This document shows positions 24,148-32,842 of a DNA stretch of 36,925 bases, piece after piece. The position numbers were made by a program, and so were the translations under genes. Each line of letters begins with the position of its first letter. The first letter of the stretch is position 1. The notes beneath the pieces were generated by a model that was not told the DNA's origin, made no database searches, and saw only the letters and a program-made list of their open reading frames with translations. The DNA comes from a virus (lineage: Duplodnaviria > Caudoviricetes), in IMG/VR virus record IMGVR_UViG_3300012667_000078, positions 1-36,925 of that record, one strand, 5' to 3'.

Positions 24148-24360
24148 ATGATCCGCACACTATTCTTAACCATTCGCACATATTTCACGATGCCCAGCGC
24201 CGAGGCGTTGGCTGTCATCGAATTGGAAGAAGCCAAGCGCAAACTGCTGTCGGCACAGACCGGCAAGGAATACGCCGAATCAATGTGCAAGTTCCATGAG
24301 GCGCAAATCAAACGCCTCAACGCCTACATTCAAAACGCCGCAGTCGAGGTGAAGGAATGA
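24148..24360 (+). CDS. Hypothetical helical protein (70 aa)
   Basis: AAGGAG SD; ATGA coupled to the next gene. Confidence 0.75.
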   Translation: MIRTLFLTIRTYFTMPSAEALAVIELEEAKRKLLSAQTGKEYAESMCKFHEAQIKRLNAYIQNAAVEVKE

Positions 24361-24839
24361 CCGTTCGGGTACGCAACACAATCAGCGAGGTCGTCAGGAA
24401 AGTTCTGCTTGAGAACCCCAAGGGTCTCACTGTGCGCGAGTTGGCTAAGGCCGCAGGGTACACGCAGGACAAAGTGATCGCGTGTCTGTATCGCAACTAC
24501 GGGTTCTACATTTCGGAATACGTTCCACACCCCATGGGTTATTTGAATGTCACAGCCATCTGGTGCTGTGTGCCCGTGCCTGCGAATCCACCAAAGTTAC
24601 CAATCGGATCACTGATCATGGATGAAATCAGGGCTGACGAGGAACGCCGCAAACTTGCCAAGCGTGAGCAAAAGCAAAGAGAACGAATACTTCAGCAACG
24701 CGCCAACGAAAAGATCAGGGCTGCCGCAAAAGCGGAAAAGGAACGACTCAAGAAACTAAAAGCCGCTCCTTCCGAATACATTCCTGAAAAAACCGTGTGG
24801 GTCAAAGTCCCATCGTGGTCAGAAGTTGCGACTCACTGA
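24357..24839 (+). CDS. Putative winged-HTH protein with charged coiled-coil tail
   Basis: VRKVLLENPKGLTVRELAKAAG; K/E/R-rich C-terminal half. Confidence 0.6.
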   Translation: MTVRVRNTISEVVRKVLLENPKGLTVRELAKAAGYTQDKVIACLYRNYGFYISEYVPHPMGYLNVTAIWCCVPVPANPPKLPIGSLIMDEIRADEERRKLAKREQKQRERILQQRANEKIRAAAKAEKERLKKLKAAPSEYIPEKTVWVKVPSWSEVATH

Positions 24840-25343
24840 TCACGACTCGAATAGTTCTTTCTCGGCGGTGCGGCGGCGCACCAAACCTTTGAGCACTTGA
24901 CCGCCTGCCTTGGTCCAAGCCATGAAAGCCTCGGCAGCGGCGTCCCACTCTTCGCGGTTGATCTTCATGCGAATGGTAGATTTTTGAAAATTACCCAGTC
25001 CCACATTGAAGGAAAAAGCGACACAAGCGTCAAATTTACCTTGATGACCAACAAGAGTGGGAGCAAGTCTAAGAACACCACGTTCAAAAGATTCGAGGTC
25101 TTTTCGGAATATCGCTTTGAGTTCATCTTTGCTCCAAGTGCGATTGTCTTCTGGGCGCAGCGGGTAGTCCTTGCGGATCATGCCCGTGTAGCCCTCTTTG
25201 GCGACCATGGGGAACTTGATCTGATCCTGATAGATCACATGGCCCCAGCCAATCGTCCACATGTGGGCGCTGCACTGGTAGGGCTTGTCGCGGTAGCCCT
25301 CGAACTTGTGCATCAGTTCGATGCCCTTGTCGCTGGTGTTCAT
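24840..25343 (-). CDS. Endolysin, GH24 lysozyme
   Basis: FEG...PYQCSAHMWTIGWG (E-x8-C-x5-T triad), AFSFNVG, GLVRRR..E. Confidence 0.92.
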   Translation of the reverse strand: MNTSDKGIELMHKFEGYRDKPYQCSAHMWTIGWGHVIYQDQIKFPMVAKEGYTGMIRKDYPLRPEDNRTWSKDELKAIFRKDLESFERGVLRLAPTLVGHQGKFDACVAFSFNVGLGNFQKSTIRMKINREEWDAAAEAFMAWTKAGGQVLKGLVRRRTAEKELFES

Positions 25344-25843
25344 TTCTTTGCTTGACCACGAGAACCAAACCAGAAGCCGATGATGCCGCCCAACATAGCC
25401 ATCTCTTCGTCGCTGAAGATTTCATTGCCGATGCGGATCAGGTCGTCTACGGTTTTGATCATCTCTGGGTGAGTCCATACATACCAGCCAAGGCCCATGT
25501 TGATGAACAACAGCTCCAAGACGAACATGTAAGTGACCACTGGGCGCACTGTGCCAACGAAGGTGGACACCCATGGTGCAGCACGTTCCAGCACTTTGAC
25601 ATCATGGGCATAGGCTGCTTGAGTCATGGCTGCATCGGCTTGGATGGACACCTGATCGGTTCGCATCTCTTCGACTTTGGCTTGAGCGGCAAAGCCTGCT
25701 GCGGCCAATGCGAGTTCACGCTCGGTCTGGATTCGTGCCAGCTCTGCCTCGTGCTTTTGGTCGTTGCGGCTCTGGAACAGTTCCATCAGCTTGGGAAACA
25801 TGGAGATCAGCAAACCGCCGAGGGTGGAAAATAGAGAAATCAT
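25340..25843 (-). CDS. Holin-like membrane protein
   Basis: Hydrophobic N-terminus, VRPVVTY transmembrane segment, IIGFWFGSR end; coupled to the endolysin. Confidence 0.65.
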   Translation of the reverse strand: MISLFSTLGGLLISMFPKLMELFQSRNDQKHEAELARIQTERELALAAAGFAAQAKVEEMRTDQVSIQADAAMTQAAYAHDVKVLERAAPWVSTFVGTVRPVVTYMFVLELLFINMGLGWYVWTHPEMIKTVDDLIRIGNEIFSDEEMAMLGGIIGFWFGSRGQAKK

Positions 25844-26112
25844 TGTTCAGGTTCCTTTTCAATTTTGGGCGTTTCCTTGAGTTTTTTGTTCTCTTGGAGA
25901 ATCGCATCCGCTTTCATCATCAACTTTTCAGACCGTATCAGCATCATTGCTGAGATCGGCAACGTGATCGATGCCACCACGCCAAAGAAAATCATCCCAG
26001 CGATCCAGTAAGATTTTCCAGTTCCAACAGCATTCCCCACAGGATCAGCATTACCCACACCAGACCCACGGCCCACATCCCCATTTCGATTCTGAAACTT
26101 CGACGTTGCCAT
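25840..26112 (-). CDS. Small single-TM protein with C-terminal coiled coil
   Basis: AAGGA SD; one TM segment; stop overlaps the next ATG; 121-bp overlap with the upstream gene. Confidence 0.6.
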   Translation of the reverse strand: MATSKFQNRNGDVGRGSGVGNADPVGNAVGTGKSYWIAGMIFFGVVASITLPISAMMLIRSEKLMMKADAILQENKKLKETPKIEKEPEQ

Positions 26113-26762
26113 TTACTTGCTTCCTTGTACCGACGTGCGGCTAATTGTTCCATCCGAGCAAACTCTTGCTCATCCTTAATCCTGCCGTACATCTGCAAGA
26201 ACCGCGAGTACAAGTCCTTCAGTTCCTTGGGTGCGTAGACCATTGTCTCTCGAATCAGCACCGTCATCTCTTCCATCTGTAACTCAACCTCTACGCGCTC
26301 AATTGCCTTTACCGCATGGTTCTGGCCTTCTTCGTAGACGTGCATCGAGGTCTCCTCTAGCTCCGCATAGTGGTTGATGATTTGCTGCTGGATGTCAAAG
26401 AACTTACCCAGTTGCTGACTGACGTCATGTACAACCTGCATCTGGAGAATAGCGGCATCCGGCTCTGGCTCTCGCTTCTTTGTCTTTTTCGCCACAGGCT
26501 TGGACGTTGGAACTGCGACAGAGTCGGCTTCAGGCTTTGTAACTTCGATCCCAAAGAGGCCAGCAAGCTGCGCCCAAAGTCCTTTAGCCCACTCCAGCAA
26601 GCCTTTGATTTGATTGACAGTTTCGGTGACTTGGCCCACCACGCCTTCAGCATCGCCTTGAAATTCTTTGACGATTGCTTGGCCTTCTCGAAGCATTTCG
26701 CAGCCTTGTTGGACAAAGCTGACAGCCGCTCGCGCAGCCATGAGAAGGGTGAAGGGGTCAAT
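25992..26762 (-). CDS. Coiled-coil protein with C-terminal TM (lysis block)
   Basis: Long helical ORF; start either ATT 26762 (IDPFTLLM, with GAGG SD) or ATG 26741. Confidence 0.7.
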   Translation of the reverse strand: MDPFTLLMAARAAVSFVQQGCEMLREGQAIVKEFQGDAEGVVGQVTETVNQIKGLLEWAKGLWAQLAGLFGIEVTKPEADSVAVPTSKPVAKKTKKREPEPDAAILQMQVVHDVSQQLGKFFDIQQQIINHYAELEETSMHVYEEGQNHAVKAIERVEVELQMEEMTVLIRETMVYAPKELKDLYSRFLQMYGRIKDEQEFARMEQLAARRYKEASKWQRRSFRIEMGMWAVGLVWVMLILWGMLLELENLTGSLG

Positions 26763-26763
26763 C

Positions 26764-26997
26764 TCAGTGGCCTCTGAAGTAACTTAAGGCAAAGCCTACA
26801 GCACTGGAGATGAACGACACAAAGGCCATACCGGCCCAGAATCCACCACGGCCCTGATTGGCAAGGGCGACCAGCTTCTCCAACTGGCCTTCCAGCTTGT
26901 CGATTTTGGTTTCCATGCTGTCAAACCGGCGCTCGTAGTCTTGGACCTTTTGCCAAAGGACGCCGTATTTAACTGGATCAATCTCAGGAGCGTTCAT
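26764..26997 (-). CDS. XhlA-like coiled-coil plus TM protein (putative holin/antiholin)
   Basis: Heptad region, then ANQGRGGFWAGMAFVSFISSAVGFAL. Confidence 0.65.
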   Translation of the reverse strand: MNAPEIDPVKYGVLWQKVQDYERRFDSMETKIDKLEGQLEKLVALANQGRGGFWAGMAFVSFISSAVGFALSYFRGH

Positions 26998-28868
26998 TAC
27001 GGTTTTCCCGGGGCCATGTTGTTGAGGATGATGCGAGGTGTGTCTGGTGCAAGAGCGTTGTACTTAACGGCTTCTTGAACCTTTTTAGCTTCGGCACGTT
27101 GAGCAAGCGCCTCAGCGCCAGCCTTTGCAAGCGGAACGCGCAGCGCGGCCAGCTTGTCTAAACTTCGCTCGACAAAATTGGCGGTGTTTGAGTAGTTAAC
27201 TGCGCCGGGCTTTTTAACCAGAGCGTCTTGAACCACGTCACGCAAATCCAGCACATCATCGCGGCCTTTCTTGCCGAACATGTATTCCAGCTTGCCTTCT
27301 TTGTCCAATGAATTGATGGTGTTGCGTAGCTGGTTGAACTGCACATCTTGTGTATCGCCTTTAGTGGCAATATCTTTCAAGTGTTGAATGGTTTGACCTT
27401 GCAACTCAGACCATGCCTGACGGCCTTCTTCGCCGCCTTTTTTCAGCAACAATCCAACAGTACGCAACTCGTCTTTGCTGCCGTCAAGGACGGTGAATTT
27501 GAACACGTCGTCCAGCGCCACAGCGCGGTCTGCGTAGCCAGCTCGCGTGCCGAGTAGTTTAGACACGCGATATGCGTCGTCAAATTCTTTGCCGACTTGA
27601 GTGCGTAGCTCACGCGCTTTGCGGTACATATCACCGCCAGCGCCTTCAGTCGAAGCGTTGATCAGCGCTTTTAGCTCACGACCATACTCGGCGTTTGGCG
27701 TACCGGGCTGTGACAGCTTATTGATCGCTTTGTAGATGGAGTCCATACCGTCGATGGAAATCTGACCTGTACCTTGTGGGTCGTTCATCTTAAATTGATC
27801 TTCAACTGCGCTCAGGATAGGTGCCAACGTCTTGCGTGTCGTCGGGTCTTGTTGAGCGATGTAGTCAGTGATTTGTTGGTATGGCACCAACTGTTTAGTC
27901 TCGCCAGATGCGCGGGCGGCGTTGTACGCATCGTCCACGGCTTTCATTTTCTTGTCGTAAAGGTTGACGACTGCTTTGTCAACCACTTTACCGACGTTCA
28001 AATAGCCTTGAGGGTCGGCGTACTGCGCGCCAGTCTCGTCAGCCATCTGTTGGAAACGATTTTTAATGGCGGTTTGCTGCTGTTCTTTAAACGCAGCCAA
28101 AGGTTTTCCAACTTCTTTTTTACCAATATCTGATTCAAACTGTTGCTGTTGCAAATCTTGCTGGAGCTCGCCTTTAGTCAAAGGCACGCCAGTACGGGCT
28201 GAGCGTTCAGCACGCATCAGTTCATCGCGTGTTGCGGCAGCGCCGCCGCCAATCATTGGCTGTTGGTCAGGTGTACGAACCAAAGCGTTGCGAACAGGAG
28301 CTGCGGCCCGTGCAGCAATAGGTCCTGCTTGTGCCGCCAGCGCATTTAGCGCAGGGCCAGATGTGGCTTGCAACGCAGCGCCAGTAGAGCCCATAGTTGG
28401 AGGAAGAGCACCCACGAAAGGCTCTGCTAATTTTGCTACGCCACCAACAATCTCAGGACCAACTTCTGTGCGAGGCTGGTAGAACTGAGCGCGGGCTTTG
28501 GCAGCCATCGCTTCGCCAGCCGCGCGCGCTTCTGGCGTGCCTTGTTTGGCGGGGCTAGACAGTTCGCCGTACAGCGCGGCGATAGGCGCAGCGATGCCAG
28601 AACCTATCTGACCAGCCACAATCGCAGGAACTTCAGCAACGCCGCGAACGTAGTCCGCAGTGCTGCGTTCAGTCTCTGGCGGGGCTTCGCGGCGGGTGCC
28701 CGGAATTTGCCCAACTACATCTGGCGCGCTGGTCAATCCGATCTTAGTGAAAAAATCGGTTTTAGGGATGTCTGCGTAGAACTTGGTGTGCAACGCATCG
28801 GCTAATGCCGCATCAGACATGTCTGAATATTGAGGGAATTTCGCCCTTACTTCGGCAATAGTTGTCAT
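26997..28868 (-). CDS. DNA ejection/internal virion protein (gp16 position)
   Basis: 623 aa, Ala-rich helical; third of three ejection genes by P22 synteny. Confidence 0.7.
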   Translation of the reverse strand: MTTIAEVRAKFPQYSDMSDAALADALHTKFYADIPKTDFFTKIGLTSAPDVVGQIPGTRREAPPETERSTADYVRGVAEVPAIVAGQIGSGIAAPIAALYGELSSPAKQGTPEARAAGEAMAAKARAQFYQPRTEVGPEIVGGVAKLAEPFVGALPPTMGSTGAALQATSGPALNALAAQAGPIAARAAAPVRNALVRTPDQQPMIGGGAAATRDELMRAERSARTGVPLTKGELQQDLQQQQFESDIGKKEVGKPLAAFKEQQQTAIKNRFQQMADETGAQYADPQGYLNVGKVVDKAVVNLYDKKMKAVDDAYNAARASGETKQLVPYQQITDYIAQQDPTTRKTLAPILSAVEDQFKMNDPQGTGQISIDGMDSIYKAINKLSQPGTPNAEYGRELKALINASTEGAGGDMYRKARELRTQVGKEFDDAYRVSKLLGTRAGYADRAVALDDVFKFTVLDGSKDELRTVGLLLKKGGEEGRQAWSELQGQTIQHLKDIATKGDTQDVQFNQLRNTINSLDKEGKLEYMFGKKGRDDVLDLRDVVQDALVKKPGAVNYSNTANFVERSLDKLAALRVPLAKAGAEALAQRAEAKKVQEAVKYNALAPDTPRIILNNMAPGKP

Positions 28869-30197
28869 TTAACGAATCCCTAAAGGATCGGCAGCGCCGA
28901 TGTTTTTAGCCCCCGGACCAGCTTGAATCTTCATGGCTTGAACAGCTATCTCACGCGCGCGTTGCTTCTGTGCGATAACTTTATCTGACTCGCCAGCTTG
29001 AGGGAAGTATTTCTTTTCTTCTGTAGCAAACTCAGAAGGTGCGATCGACGCGCCAGATTCTTTACGCAGCACCGCTGTGATAAAGTTTTTCTTGGCTTGT
29101 TCGTACATCTGCTGGTTTTCGTTTGGCCCGCCCAACGCGCTTGGTAACACATTCATAACGGCGCCAGCGCCTTCAGCCAAATTCGCACCTTGGTACGGCA
29201 CAAGAGCATTCAACGCACCTTCGACAGTGCCTTTGATACGACCGCCGCTTGTGGTACCTGACTTTTCTAAGTCGCGCAGCAACTTATCAGACTCAAGCAT
29301 ACGCAAACCGAACGCCGTGGCGTTGCCTTGCGATTCAGTCAGCGCGGTGCCTTTACCTTTGAGTGGTACAGGCGCAGCAGCAGGCGCTCCACTAGCCACA
29401 GTGGGCGTACCACCAGCACCCATAGTGACAGGAACTGCTTGCAGCGTGCGTTTGTTGACACCAACAATCGAGCCGTCTTCAGCTTCTTTTAGCTCGTAAC
29501 CCGGGTTGGCTTTTTCAAAGTTAAATTTTTCACGCGCAAGTGTATCCGCAACAGTAGCGGTGACGTTTCCGACAGAGCCCGGCACCACGGTGGCCGTGCC
29601 GCCAAAAGCGGGAGTGCTCACTATACGAGCTGTGCCACCGAGTGCTTGTGATGTCAGCGTTGGCTTCAACTCGCTTGCGCTAGCACCTTGGCTAGACATG
29701 ATTGTGCGGCGTTGATCGATTGGCATAGCCAAAAGTCGGTCAGCGCCCGCAGCCATTTGCACTTTTTCAGCCTCGGTAAACAGCGGGTTGGCTATTAAAT
29801 CTTCTTTGTACGCCGTGATGTTGGCGTCAGAAGGGTTTTGACTTGTGTCGCGCTGTGCTTGGGCCACAAAATCTTTTCTGGCTTTTGCGATAGTAAATTG
29901 CTTTTCTTTTTGCGTCAAAGCTGCCGTATCTTGTTCAGACAAAGCCTTAGCGTATGACGCGCCAGTCTTGCCGTAGCCCAACAAATTGGTTCGTGCTTCT
30001 GGGTTAGCCAGATCGGGCTTTGTGGCTAGATAGTTACGCAGGTCTGCTTCTTCAGTGCGAGCGCGTTCATACTCGTCCGACTCTTGGCTGAGCTGTTTCA
30101 TTTTCATCGCCGCCATCAGTGTATTGATGGGCTGCGGCGTTTCATAGGTGATTGGGGCAAACTTGGCCTGAAGGGGGATACTGGTATCGAGAGGCAT
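28869..30197 (-). CDS. DNA ejection protein (gp20 position)
   Basis: MPLDTSIPLQ start; FITAVLRKESGASI...KYFPQAG; synteny. Confidence 0.7.
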   Translation of the reverse strand: MPLDTSIPLQAKFAPITYETPQPINTLMAAMKMKQLSQESDEYERARTEEADLRNYLATKPDLANPEARTNLLGYGKTGASYAKALSEQDTAALTQKEKQFTIAKARKDFVAQAQRDTSQNPSDANITAYKEDLIANPLFTEAEKVQMAAGADRLLAMPIDQRRTIMSSQGASASELKPTLTSQALGGTARIVSTPAFGGTATVVPGSVGNVTATVADTLAREKFNFEKANPGYELKEAEDGSIVGVNKRTLQAVPVTMGAGGTPTVASGAPAAAPVPLKGKGTALTESQGNATAFGLRMLESDKLLRDLEKSGTTSGGRIKGTVEGALNALVPYQGANLAEGAGAVMNVLPSALGGPNENQQMYEQAKKNFITAVLRKESGASIAPSEFATEEKKYFPQAGESDKVIAQKQRAREIAVQAMKIQAGPGAKNIGAADPLGIR

Positions 30198-30207
30198 GAT
30201 TCAGTCC

Positions 30208-31317
30208 TTATCGTGAGAGATATTTGCTCAACAACTGATTTTGGTTGTAAGCATTGTAGCCACTGACACCTGCACCAATCATCGTATTGATACCCTGCGA
30301 CCAAGCATTTGCTGCGCCAATCTGACCAGCAGCCGAGGCGTTTGCAGCACTTGTGAGTGCATTGATCTGGTTGGCTGCACCAGTGCCGTAGGCACTTTGA
30401 CGTGCGGCATTGGAAGCGCCGTAGATATTGGTAAGACCTGAACCATAACCACCGTATGCAGACGATGCACCAGCACCCTGTTGGGCTGCAATGTTCGCAC
30501 CCGTTGCACCATAGTTGCCGTAGGCAGCACTTGTGCCTGATCCGTAGTTTTGCAAGGCTTGTGAAGAACCTTGTGCCAGTGAACCAGCAGCCGCAGCTTG
30601 CTGGGCAGCCGAGGCTTGACCAATTGCTTGCAATGATTGCAATGGTGCAAGTTGGTTGGATCGTTCGGTTTGGTAACGGTTGAACGCATTCGCATATTCT
30701 TGCGAACCCATGTCCTGACCGTATCGAGCGGCGGCTTTGAGCGCAGCACCTGACTGCAAACCACCACGGGCCGCAGTTGAACGCTCGATGGCTTTCTGAC
30801 CCTCGGCGACACGGAATGCGTAACCGGGGTCTTGTTCCATGTCAGCAGCAGTGAAACTTTTTGCCGCTGAACCGTAACCGGGGGCGCTAGTGTTACCACT
30901 CAGACCCAAAATGTCGAGTAGTCGATTTTGACCAAGTTCACCAGCTTGCTTGAATGAACTCAGGTTTTCAACTTGCTTTTGATACAGCTCACGTTGCAGG
31001 TTTAATTGAGCGTCAAGGGCAGCTTGCTGTGCGGCCAACTGCTTGTCCAGCGCGGCAGCGGCAGCAGCGTTACCTGCGGTAGCGGCAGCTTGTTGAGAAG
31101 CAAGGGTCTGATTTAATGCTTCCTTTTGTGCAGCAATCTGTTTGTCAACGTTTTCCTTGTCGGCGGCGATTTGCAACTGGGTTGCTTCAAGACCCACCGT
31201 GCCTGCTTTTTCAGCAGCCGCCGCTTGTGTTGATGCTGCACTTGACGCAGCTTCTGACGCTTTGTTGGCCGAATACACCGAGCCAACGACTACTGCACCT
31301 GCTACCCATCCACTCAT
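30208..31317 (-). CDS. DNA ejection/transfer protein (gp7-like)
   Basis: DPGYAFRVAEGQKAIERSTAARGGLQSGAALKA; Ala/Gly/Gln-rich. Confidence 0.8.
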   Translation of the reverse strand: MSGWVAGAVVVGSVYSANKASEAASSAASTQAAAAEKAGTVGLEATQLQIAADKENVDKQIAAQKEALNQTLASQQAAATAGNAAAAAALDKQLAAQQAALDAQLNLQRELYQKQVENLSSFKQAGELGQNRLLDILGLSGNTSAPGYGSAAKSFTAADMEQDPGYAFRVAEGQKAIERSTAARGGLQSGAALKAAARYGQDMGSQEYANAFNRYQTERSNQLAPLQSLQAIGQASAAQQAAAAGSLAQGSSQALQNYGSGTSAAYGNYGATGANIAAQQGAGASSAYGGYGSGLTNIYGASNAARQSAYGTGAANQINALTSAANASAAGQIGAANAWSQGINTMIGAGVSGYNAYNQNQLLSKYLSR

Positions 31318-32168
31318 AATATTTCTCCTTGCATCGTGAAGCCAAAATTGACTCTCATTGACGCTCTGTAGTCAACCAACAATTCATCACCTGCGCTGAT
31401 TTTACGCGCAGCGACTGCAAAAATGTCATGTCCGACCAACTCTGGTCGAATGTTGCTGTTTTGGGAATGATTGATGAATCTTCCACCGGGAGTGCGCTTC
31501 CCGTCAAGTCTGCCCGGACAGACAGTTTCACCTGCCTCAAAATCTTTGGTTGCAAAGAGACCGCGACCATGGATGCTGGAGGGTTTAAGTTCCACAAAGA
31601 ACCCCTCAGGCATGTCGATCAGGTCCGACTCGATCTGGACAATTTGATTCAATTTGCTGTCTGTCGTGCCCAACTGGTGCAGGAACAACTCATAGTCAAT
31701 CTGTGCTTTTTGGGCTTCTGTGCGACTGTCAGCCAACCCACACTCGGGGACAACGTACAGGCGATCTTCAAGAATCGCAAGGTCGGTGCAGTTGTCAGGG
31801 TTGTCGTAAATGTCAACCCATATTACTTCTTCGTCATACACCCTGCCAGCACGCTGCATTCCAGCACTGGCTTCAAATTCACAAGGCGCTGTGAGAACTT
31901 TGACACCATCGTCCGTATTCACGGCAATTGTGCCCTTTTCCAAGCGCACACGATACGGGGTTTTGTGTTCAGCACCTGTCAGCACGGTCCATGCGGGAAT
32001 CGTAATTGCGCGCTCATACACGCCGGGCAGGAATGTGTGAGTCGTGACGATTTCAGCCTGCGGCATCTTCAGCAACTCGGTTTGAAGCGCCTTGACCTTT
32101 TCGACCATGGGCAGCGCAACAGCAAACCCTTTACCGTAAGTCACCGAAGTTGGGTAATATTTCATCAT
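31314..32168 (-). CDS. Cupin-like domain fused to a SET-domain methyltransferase
   Basis: N-terminal HTFLPGVYERAITIPAWTVLTGAEHK; C-terminal SSIHGRGLFA, RFINHS, ISAGDELLVDY. ATG 32168 overlaps the upstream stop. Confidence 0.85.
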   Translation of the reverse strand: MMKYYPTSVTYGKGFAVALPMVEKVKALQTELLKMPQAEIVTTHTFLPGVYERAITIPAWTVLTGAEHKTPYRVRLEKGTIAVNTDDGVKVLTAPCEFEASAGMQRAGRVYDEEVIWVDIYDNPDNCTDLAILEDRLYVVPECGLADSRTEAQKAQIDYELFLHQLGTTDSKLNQIVQIESDLIDMPEGFFVELKPSSIHGRGLFATKDFEAGETVCPGRLDGKRTPGGRFINHSQNSNIRPELVGHDIFAVAARKISAGDELLVDYRASMRVNFGFTMQGEIL

Positions 32169-32842
32169 GATGCCATGATCACCCAGTTTGTGCCATCTGA
32201 CACGAGGGTCGCCCATGCGCCCACGGTGGCTGGGAGAATCGCTGTGCCCGGTGTAGCGCTGCCAATTGGTGCGACATTACTTGAATCTGACACCAGAGTC
32301 TGCGCTTGCAAGTTTTTAAATGTGATTTGACGACCACCCCAAGTAGTTGCGTCAGGCAGTGTGACCGTACAAGTCGAACCCGACTTGTTGTTGATCATCC
32401 AACCGTTAGTTTCATTAACCGCAAAATCTGCGGTTTTGGTGGTAACTGTTGTGACAGCTACGCCAGTGCCGCCGTTTGCAGTGGGCAGCACACCCGTTAC
32501 TTGCGATGTTAAATCAACGTCAGCCAAAGTGCCGCTTAAGCTGATTGCACCGCTTGTTGTCACGGTGCCTGTCAGTTCTATCCCATTGACAGACCCGTTA
32601 CCTGTTACCTCTGTAACAGTACCATCACCGGTACCCGCGCCTATATTTGCGCGCGCTTCAGCGGCAGTAGAGCCACCAGTGCCGCCATTTTCAATTTGAG
32701 CAACACCTAATGTTGAGCCGCCGGTGATCACATAAATGTTGTTGAAGAAACGAAACCACTCACGGGAAATCAATCCCGTGCGAGTGTCCACCAACTCCAC
32801 TCGCGGAGCGGGGATTTTGGTGATATTTTGTGGATCAGGCAT
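32165..32842 (-). CDS. Tail needle/plug protein (gp26 position) with fibre-like extension
   Basis: IPAPRV...TGLISREWFRFF N-terminus; two (I/T)xNGGTG repeats; C-terminal TLVSDGTNWVIM domain; follows gp10. Confidence 0.65.
   Translation of the reverse strand: MPDPQNITKIPAPRVELVDTRTGLISREWFRFFNNIYVITGGSTLGVAQIENGGTGGSTAAEARANIGAGTGDGTVTEVTGNGSVNGIELTGTVTTSGAISLSGTLADVDLTSQVTGVLPTANGGTGVAVTTVTTKTADFAVNETNGWMINNKSGSTCTVTLPDATTWGGRQITFKNLQAQTLVSDSSNVAPIGSATPGTAILPATVGAWATLVSDGTNWVIMAS

Noticed and set aside
26357-26761. Nested 134-aa ORF as an embedded o-spanin
   Set aside because: No hydrophobic signal peptide or lipobox; TTG start.
30380-30560. Spaced YG repeats in the gp7-like protein
   Set aside because: Consistent with low-complexity amphipathic helices usual in ejection proteins; no nucleotide-level repeat.
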